From NCBI GenBank assembly GCA_030141605.1, contig JAQGDQ010000054.1:434001-498000 (forward strand): DNA of 64,000 nucleotides, in the 5' to 3' direction. Positions 24,923 through 35,200 of the stretch are shown piece by piece. Origin of the DNA: Tubiluchus corallicola (Eukaryota > Animalia > Priapulida). The position numbers and the translations under genes were made by a program. Under the pieces are notes generated by a model. The model was not told where the DNA came from. It worked only from the letters and a program-made list of their open reading frames with translations, and did no database searches. The stretch's first letter is position 1, and every line of letters starts with the position of its first letter.

Positions 24923-26980
24923 GCAAGTTGGCAACCTTACTTCGTTTTCAAGACAAAGTGATGGCATAAAAAAACAGATTGAAAGCTATGTGTCAGAAGT
25001 CTTCCACTCAAGTAGCTTATCTCTATCCTTGTGCGGCATTTTTCATGTTGACAATAAGCAGTGCGTGAGTAGGGTATTTAATCGAGTCTATCTATGTAAT
25101 GAAATCAGAACGGATGAAACGATAGTCACTAAGCTTGGCACAGAGTTAAGTGTGGACAAAACCTGAAAACCTACTACTTTTTCATTTGGAAATTTATGCT
25201 AATTTATGGAGGGTGAAACTGTTACAACTATTATTGCAATTATTTCTATTATTACAGAAAAAACACGCATCGTGATCGAGTTCAGAGGTCGCTTAAAGAT
25301 TATCACAAAAAATCTGCAAGAATGGCAAAAAGTGTGGCACTGTGTACTAATGGGGCTAGCAGCATGGGTTTTTGTTAAGTGATGACGGTCAAAATGAAAA
25401 TCACTAATATCTCACGTTATCCATGCGCAAGATCCCATACTCGTATTTTTTATTGGAAGCTTGGAATCAAATATTGGACACATTTTAGTAGCCACTCAGC
25501 CACTATTGCAAAATGGCTACACTGAGACTGCCATTTTGGCGGCAGAGCTACTATCGCGGACTGCTTGGAGCAGACCTTATTTAATAGCAACTACCCCATT
25601 GATTCATGTGGTAAACTGGTACTGACTAACTGGTTTATAGGTTCACACTATTCCGCATGTGTACTGTGAACTGTAGTTACTGTACACTGCGTGCCGCCGT
25701 GCGCGGCGTCGAATGTAGGGGGATCATCTCCTTATTGAAATAATTCTGAGAAATGACATAATTAGCTAATTGTGTGTTAATTATTCTGCTGTTTAAAATT
25801 ACGTATCGGGAATTGAGCTGTTACCGTTTCATCTAGTTACGAAAAATAATAATTTAACCTAACTATGTAATTTAAAAACGTGTGAATGACTGTCTTGTAG
25901 CAAAGCTATTTTATTTACCATTGAGCATTCTTTGCAAACCCGATTTTGCTGGTACGTATTTGTTTGAAGTTTGTAAGGTAAGATATTGTGCATGTGGTTC
26001 ATGCAGTTATTAATTAACTCACGGAGATGCTAAAATGAGATACTGAAGCATAGTAATTTAATTGGGCATCGAGTACCAAGCTTTCGTAGCAGTAAAGTTG
26101 AATAATTACTTGAATAATGTTGAATAAAGTTGAAGTATTGTATATATAAACAATATTATTCATCTATTCAGTAAGTCCAGTTTGAAAAGTAATCTGGCTG
26201 GCATAAAAAAATTGCTGTCAAAATAATAATAATAATAATAAAGTGCATGAAATACCATTTCCTTGAGAAGGTCACCCAACGCACAAACTTTAGGGTAATT
26301 TGACCCAGATAATTCGTTTTTGGTATTTTCATATGCAAGATGGCTGCCATTTTTAAAATGGTTGACAAATGGCTACCACAAATTTTTAAGGGCTGTATCT
26401 TAGCTAAAAGAACATTTTGATGTCCTAATATATAGGTCTTCAAAGTCAAGAAATCAATCACATTCAGGATTTCAAGATGGCTGCCAAAATTGCTGCAAAG
26501 ACAGCCTCTGTCTCGTGTAATATATTAACATTATCGCACCTTCCTCTGTGTGTGTAATTGGATGATGATTTTAGTGTTTAGATAAAGGTCAAGTAATTCA
26601 TGTCTACTTTCCATTTTGTTTTATTTAATTTATTTAAAGAGTAGTTGTTCCTTTCTGAAAATTTGCTAAAACTAATCCAGTCAAAAAATTAAGATTAATT
26701 TGACTGCTTTTGTGACCCTTGTTTTTACCATTGGCATGCCTGACTGCGTTTACCAATTTTTGTTTATAAAACAAAATTTTATTTTTAAATAACATAAATT
26801 ATTTCTTTTTTTATTCATAAAACTGTGAGAGCGGAAGTGGTAAAAAGACATAGTAAGGCAAAAGTACCCATATCATCGAGTAAATGGTTGTTTGTTTGTT
26901 GTAGTTTTATTGCACTTTTCAATAGTTGTTTTTTTTAATTATATGTACTATTTAGTAGTTGACTATTTGTCTGTCTGCAA

Positions 26981-27370
26981 CCAGATTGCATTTTTGGCAA
27001 GATCAAAGAAATACCTTGAGTGGCATTTTTGTGTGCTTGTCAGCCAAAATTAATCTTTGCTGAATCTGTTTAGTAAATGGATTGGTGATAGTGAACTCCA
27101 CATGAGGATAATTATCCTTGTACTGCAGTCAGCTTTGGATCAAATCAAGATTGTCATCGGAAATGTCTTTTCCAGGAACGGTGACCCGCGTATATCAATC
27201 AGCCAGATTGCATTTGGGCAAGAAGGAATACCTTGAGTGGCATATCTGTATGCTTGTCAACTAAAACTACGCATCGCTGAACCTGTTTAGCAAACGGATT
27301 GGTGGTAATGAACTCCACATGAGGATGCCGTTGTACTGTAGTCAGCTTTGGACAAAAGCAAAATTGTAAT
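26981..27370. repeat. Diverged tandem duplication of about 190-220 bp
   Basis: CCAGATTGCATTT...AATACCTTGAGTGGCAT...TGAACTCCACATGAGGAT...TTGTACTG.AGTCAGCTTTGGA occurs twice. Confidence 0.85.
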
Positions 27371-28316
27371 ACTGATGGAAAAGCTTTTTAGCACGAGACA
27401 AAAATTAGACTATGAGTGATACACTATAAGCTGGAAGTTAACAAGGCATCTGCAGAGGACTTTTGAATGCTAACGGGACATTCAAATTAGCGAGTTTTCT
27501 GTTGCAAGTTTTTTTTGGACAGCAAACTCGCAACTGTGAACTGCTTTGCAAGTTATGATGGACAGAAAATTGCAAACTCTGTGACACTAATTGAACTTGC
27601 TTGCGAGTAAGTTATTGAGGTTAACTTGGTGAGAATACTAGCTAGTCTGAATGAGGTAAAGACTCTGGAGATCATGTGCAAATTCAAAATCGAAGATCCA
27701 GAATCTAAATTAAGGCCCTGGCAATGATTCAACTATTTGACAATACCAAAAATAGACCAAGCTACTTAAAAATGGAAGGTCAGTGCTTGTAATATATCGA
27801 GAGACCTTTTATAAGACCGTCAAAGTCTTACGAAAGCCTTTTGTTTATGTGGAGTCCTGAAGTGAGTGGTGTACATCAAGAAAGTGTTTTCGGGTCAGTT
27901 TAATGTGTACTGTTCCCAAAACAAAGATATGGGATGGCAATCGATGATTAGTTAAAGTTTCTCACCCATGCAGCTGTTGTGGTTAATAAAGCAAGTCAGA
28001 TATGATCTTATGTATTATTAACCTGCATTTGAGTATTAAGGACCGGACAGCAATACCATTTTTGTACAAGTCTGTAGTTAAGTAATATTCCAAACCATTA
28101 CGCAAAGTTCGATTAAATTGAACCTTTTATTACTGAATTTAAACAGGCCATGGAGCTCAAAAGTGTTATCGCACTTGGTTGCAAGAAAATCATTGTTAAC
28201 AAACTTGTTTGATATTGTTGCCACGATGGCTGTCACTTCGTGTCAAGCGACTTATAGGCCTACAATCACCTTGATGCAAACTTTATCCAAAAATATTTTG
28301 ATTGCATCCTATTGGC

Positions 28317-28816
28317 TGTTGCTATAGCAGCCAGCATCTAATCGAAATTGTCTCAAGACTGCCCAGGGTCTTGGCTTTTACTATGCATTGTTTAACTGCT
28401 AACTTTGTAGGGCTTCAACGTTAACGAAAGACGCTAGTTAGGTATTGGTAACAAAGTCCTTTAACAACACTAATGTGTTCCAGCAAAACACGATGCTAAG
28501 TGAAATGTCGTTAATCGAAGCCAAGTTTTCCATAGAAAGTAATGTAACAGAATTGAGATACGTTCCAAAGGCAAAAATCAATGCTAATAAAATCATGTAA
28601 ATTAAACATGTTTTGAGTTTTATTCATATTTCTATTGATTAATTTCTTTTTACTTGCTTGAAATCACCATTCTTTCTTGTCAATACCTAGCTAGTGGTTT
28701 CTATTTCATTAACATTGAGGACTAGGTAAACAATGAGCAGTGGATTGTCAAAGCCAAGCCCTGGGGCGTCCTGTAACAATTTCATCTAGGTACTTAGTCT
28801 GGTTGCTATAGCAACA
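28317..28816. mobile_element. MITE with about 85-bp imperfect TIRs, each containing an RFX X-box
   Basis: TGTTGCTATAGCAGCCAG...GAAATTGT...CCCAGGGTCTTGGCTTTTAC is inverted relative to GTCAAAGCCAAGCCCTGGGG...ACAATTTC...CTGGTTGCTATAGCAACA. Confidence 0.75.
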
Positions 28817-29202
28817 AGTTGTGGGTGTACCAGAAGTATGTATCTGTCAAACATTTCTATCTCTCTTTAGAATTACTTAGTAGAGGTGTAAATGTTAGCC
28901 TCAACTTTTCTTTTTCTTTGCATTTTTCGCGAAAATAAAGTTCACTTATTTTTCACGAAATTTTTAGAGATTAATAAAAAGTGGCAAATTAATGTTCATT
29001 TTTTAAATTGTGCTTTGTTACTACATAAAATTTAAAGCAGCTAAACTTCAATAGAAAGATGTGGTTGCAAGCACTCTCGTGCTTATTTTATTTTATGTTT
29101 TTCAGATTATCCAGTTTTTAAACAATTAGTGTCTGTGTAAAGGCAGAAGTCTTCGACTTAGAAACGAATTCTCAACACTCGAGCTGCATTGGATTTCGAT
29201 GC

Positions 29203-32200
29203 ATGTTTGACAACATGCAGCCATCTACGGGAGAGAATAGTGAGCAAAGTGATGCTGCTCGAACACACGCCTTACCTAAATATTGTTTAGAGGCAATGGG
29301 CACTGCAAAAATTAGAAACGATAACCAGGTGTCACATGGTGGTGATTTTGATATGGTGGCAGATTGTTTAGATAGTGTTGTTACTCGGTCAGTTTCTTTA
29401 GCAGCTGATATCTCTACCGAAAATCGTGTTATAGATGAAGACTGTTTGCTTGGAGAGGTTGATGGAGATGGAGAAATAGATGACGCAGAGTTAACAGATA
29501 GTGAAGATCTGTTGTTATTTATGGAAGATGATGAATCAGCTTTGGAAGGAAGAGATCATATAAGCAGAGATGCTATATCAAATCAGCATAATCGTAGCAA
29601 TGCATTTGAAAATATAAATGCTGAAGCTGGTATAAAAACGAATAGTGAAGATTCATCAACTGATGCCCGTGAAGAAACATCAGATGATTTTCGGAAAAGC
29701 ACATTAACTGATACAACTGGTGATGTTTCAGTTGACCCTAAAGATGCATTAGCTGATCCAAGAGATGATGATCAGTATGTGGATGACAAATCATCCAGAG
29801 ATACCGCAACTCCTGTGGAAGAATTAATTGATGATGATGTACCAGTTGATGAACCAGAAGTATTTGACGCCTCTTCTAATGACGTTTCTGATGAAAATGA
29901 TGGACAATTTGAAGGAATGGATTCTGAAAAAACCGATTCTATCTCTTCAGGAGACAGAGCAGTTTTAAATTGTAACAATATACAAAGTCATGTCTATAAC
30001 TGTGTAAAAAATGTTTCAAAATCAGCATCCAGTTGCTCAAGTGTATCTCAAATTGCAGATGTATTAATAGAAGAAAATGGGCAGCTAATGAAAAAAGAAC
30101 TTACCAATACACTTCTGCTTGAAAGCCATAGATCTTCTTTTCATAACAGTGTTAACTGCGCAGAAGATAATAAGTCATTGATATATTCAGTTATATCAGA
30201 AATTATTACAAATGTAGTTGATGTAGAAAAGCATACCAAATATAATAAGCCTATAATAGATGATGAATTCCCTGAATGCTTTGGAGAGGTATCTGTCGCT
30301 AATAAAACGAAACTGTCAAAAGTTCGCCCTAAAATGGTTGACACAGCTGTTTCAACAGAAGGCATTGATGATGATCCTATCTTAATCTCTGATTCTGATG
30401 ATGAAGTTGATGTTCCTTCCTTACAGATGCTTGCTGCAAATGAAGTTTCTTTTACTGAGAAACCCATGCAAAGTGACAAATCTGCAGATGCTCATAACTT
30501 CAATAAGAGAAAGTTGATGGAATTTGATAATTCTGCCTTTGAATCTAAGAAATCAAAAATTTTACATAGTAATCATGTTGAAACTGATGATATCATCGTG
30601 GAACGAATTTGCGAAAATGGGCGTAAAGAAGAAGTTAGACCTAAATTGCCAATTCAGTTTCCGGCAAATGACGTTTCCCATTTGTCATCTAGTAGTGTAA
30701 AGATAACTGATGGATCTTTCTTAAGAGGACATGCAGGTGACAATGGACTGAAGGCTGGAATAAAAATATCAACTAAGGTAAGAAGTATTATACCATTTTC
30801 AGGACAAATGAATTTACTTAGATTATAGCATAATTATACTCAGTACTTCATTTTTTCCACATTAGTTTCTTGTAGGTTTATGTTGATGACAACAATAATC
30901 AATTTATTCTAAGAAATCTATTGATTTACCATATGTTAAAATGCTTCATATGTAATAATCTTTTATAATTATGTTTCACTTGCTTTTATATAGTTTTGTA
31001 AGTGGACATGAAATATCAATAATGATGATGATGATAAATATTAAAAGTACTACTACAGCTGCTGCTTCTGCTACTGCTGGTGCTGCTGCTACTGCTACTG
31101 CTACTGCTACTAATGAACATTTTCTTTTATTTTTCTAGAAGTTGAAGCAATTTCTTATTGCTCACATGGATGAATATTTAAAAAAACACCACCAAAGTCA
31201 GATAGTGCAACTGAAAGGCAAAATACTAAAATTAGAAAGGGAGGTTAGTAAATGTTTTAAAAGTGTGCTTGGTTTTCTCTTTTTTTCCTTTTAATTTTTA
31301 ATATTTGTGTGCACAAAGAGAGAATGTAACACCTGTTTCTGGAAATTTTCCTAGGGTAAAAGCAAAGTGAACGTCCCCATTTTTTGAATTTTTAACTGCA
31401 AAAATAAATTTAAGACTTCAGTACTTAAAAAAGCAATTCCAATTGATTAATTTAGCATACTGTACTAATCATGCTGCATAATTCCAAAAGTTTTAGCTGT
31501 CTGCCGTCATAAGTAAAAATTTAGTGGCACTGTGAAAACAGTACCATAATGTGCCTATCTTTGCGTGTTACCTGAGACTCTTTGTGCAATTATTATTTTT
31601 GGACATCCCAGCACACTATGGTGGCAGCCATATATTAATCACAAAACATTTGATCATCAAATAGATTTATAATCAATAATGCTTGAATGTTCTTCATAGT
31701 ATTTACCTACATTTTAACCATTAATTTTGGGATGGAATTGACTGACAAATATATACGTACCAAATCACTCTAAGGCTATTCACATTAATAAGCAAAGATT
31801 ATAGACAACCTTACACAATGTTACAAGCGAGAGTTTCTCGAAGTGAAACTGGAATAACTCGTAGTTGATTGCCCAGGTGGAGATAACATAAAAGAAGTAC
31901 CAAACACTCGCTTTGAGACCTCCACGAAGTGCTTCACGAATGTTTTTTTGTCCGTGGTGTTCGATAAGGTTTTGCAAAAAAATGATAGTTTTGGCACCCT
32001 ATAGCCTTTCTTCACAAAGTTTCTTGGAAAGTTGTTAGATAGTTTTTGCATAAAAAGCTTAACAGACAAAGAACAACCACACGAACAGACAAACAAACAA
32101 ACAAACTGTGTTGAAGCATAACTTCCTTATCAGAGGTAAAAATAACTAAAATAATTATCACCCACTGTAACCCTAACCCTAAACATATTTCTACTAAGTG

Positions 32201-35200
32201 GGCCATTTTTTCCTGTACCAGTTTTACTTACTTTGCCATTTTTACCACTTTTCCTGTGCCATTTTTACCCGGCCATTTCTTCTTTTGCCATTTTGCCATG
32301 CCATTTATTCCTGTGCCATTTTTACCTACATTCACATTTGCATTAGTCTGTGTGATGTAGAGTGATTTGCTAGTAGGATCTTGCTTGGGAAGAAAAATTG
32401 AACAGTTAGCTGTTAAAGCTGTCATTATATTACAATACATGGGCTGCGAGGCGTTGTCAAGTGCACACAAAAGCATTGTCTGTGTAATGTGGGGCGGATC
32501 TCACAATCAAGTATGAGCAATCAGTGCTCTTATTGTTTGGTAGCGTGTGTCATACTACTCAGTTTTTACTCAACATATTCCTAGAACACAAAACGTGAAA
32601 CTAATTTTATGCAGTTTTATGATAAGATAATGCTTTAATATTCATAAATGTTGATGATATAAAATTAGTTCAAACCAAGTGACAGCTGTTAATTTGTACC
32701 CGGGTACTAGTTCAATAAACATGTGTTGCTACACAACTCAAAATTTACAGGCTGAAAATACTTTCAAATGCTTCAAACAGTACCCAAAAATTACCTTTGG
32801 CTAACAAAAAAAATAATTTAATAGTTCACCAATGTTTGTTAATAGTAAGTCCATAAAGTAAAGCTCCATCCACACGAGGTTGTAATGTAAGCTATCAGCA
32901 CTTTCAACTGTGTCTTAGTTTTTACCAGCCACTGCCAGTCGAAGCAAGTATCGTTGTACAAAAGGAAGCAACAGGCAGTCGCCTAGTAGCTAAATAAAAG
33001 AAACAAGAATTTATCACTTACAATCTCTGCATCAATGAAAGTATACGTCAGCAATACTTATCGGCGGCAGCACGACGACGAAGGTGGCGGATCCACAACA
33101 TCGGTGTGCACACCCGGGTCTTTAGTGCATAGCTGAACTGCGAAGTCATAAGCAGATGGGAGTCGTTCCCGGAAGCGTCCTGTGTTGGTAGACCGGTAGT
33201 TTGGTTATCATGTCAGATGTCACAATGTAACTCGATGTAAACAAATGGTGAACTGGGCTTAATACCAGAACTGCCCAAATAGTCACTAACACGTAGTTGG
33301 AACTTTCACTAAACATTAGCGTTAGGTAGAGCCAGCTAAAGTTGCACGCTTTATATGCAAAGAGGCAAAACATATGTTAAAAAAACTGTCCAGCATTATA
33401 TCTGCCCGCAAGTCTCTCTTGCAAAGAGCCACGTCGTTCTCTCCACCTCGGTGAAAGGACCTCTAAAGCCGGTTGTCTAATAGTCTGGCTTCAATAACAC
33501 TATAGCGGGATAACCTGTATTTGCATATCCGTTCGACAAGTTTACCCTAGTTTTGACCTATGCGCATAACTAAAGGGTAACACCTGGTTTATACATTGAA
33601 TAGCTATAAACAATTTTATACAGCCCAAACTAAATTACGTATACACCCGTAAAGTTTACGTTGCCAAAAAAACATCTCATTCCACAAAGTTAAATGGGGA
33701 TAGTAATAACTAAATTTAGTTACATATACAAAGATATATATGCTAAGCTGGTCGTTACACAGCCCCCTAATTTGAAGACTATTATTCTCATGGAATCATA
33801 GGCTATTCTGTTTCGATCAGCACCTGCATTATCTTTGGTTATTGGGTATGGTTATGCGGCAGTGTCAGGCTTATCAGCTTCCCAGTTGCGTGATAGACTG
33901 TCTGCGATGTTGGCCTTACCCTTGATATACTCAATCCGGAATGTGTATTCCTGTAGGATTAATGACCAACAGGCCAGCTTACGGTTCTTCCCTTTCATCT
34001 TTGCAACCAAGTGAGACACTGATGACACAAGGATGACGAACTGCCTTCCCAAAAGATAGTAACTCAGCTTTTGCACTGCCCAGACTATTGCAAGGAGTTC
34101 CAGTTCCACCACTGCATAGTTTGACTCTGGTTTAGTTAAGTTCTGGCTGATATAAGTTATGGCCTGCGCATTCCCTTCATCAGTCTTTTGGGACAGAATG
34201 CCTCCAAGGCCTGTGGTCGATGCATCTACAGTCAAGAGGAATTCTTTGCTGAAATCTGGTGCTCCTAGAAAGGTATCTGAGGTAACTGCCTCTCGGAGCT
34301 GAATGAATGCAGATCCACACTCTTCGTCCCACACAACATCGTTGGACCTATGCTTCTTTGTAAGTTCGTACAGCAAAGTGGCTACCCTACTAAAGCCTGG
34401 AACAAAGGAACGATAGAAGCCAATAAAGCCGAGGAAACTTCGAACTTCTTTTTTTGTCTTGGGTCGAGGAAAATGTTTAATAAACTCCAGTTTATCTGGT
34501 TGTGGTCGCAGAACATCTTGTCCATCCACATGTCCTAAAAAGTCGACTTTGCTCAAAGCAAATGCACATTTCTTTGGCTTGATGGTAAGCTTGGCCCTGA
34601 ATACCCGCGAAAGTATATCATCAACATGCTTTAAATGTTGTGACCAATCTGAGCTCCAAATGACTGTGTCATCTATGTAGCCTCTCGTGAAATGAGGAGA
34701 TCCTTCCAGGAGTCTATCCATGAGTTTTTGGCAGTTTGCGGCCGCATTAACCAAGCCAAAAGGTATCACGAGAAACTCCCACTGTCCCCAAGGTAGAACG
34801 AATGACGATAGCTTGCATGAATTGGGGTGCAATGGTATTTGCCAATACCCTTTGGTTAAATCCAACTTCGTCATATACTTGGCTCCATGCATATTGCTGA
34901 GCAATTCCTGCATGTTTGGGATTGGGTATGGGTCAAAGGTTGTGACTTCATTGAGCTTGATGTAGTTAACACAAAATCGAATAGTCCCATCCTTTTTGGG
35001 AACAACTACAACTGGACTTGTTGTACTGGAGTCTGACTTCTGGATTATACCCAGCTTAATCATCTCATCGACTTCTCTCCGAAGTGCTTCTTCTTGTGCT
35101 TTTGGCACACGATACGGAGCTTGACGAATAGGCTTATAGTCTTTAGGAACAAAAATCTCATGCTGTATCAGATCTGTGCAACCCGGCACATCTGAAAACA

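Noticed and set aside
29772-30479. Ser-rich minus-strand ORFs
   Set aside because: Antisense shadows of the acidic ATF7IP exon.
33146-33373. 75-aa ORF present in both LTRs (also 39525-39752)
   Set aside because: Duplicated only because it lies in the LTR; no recognisable domain.
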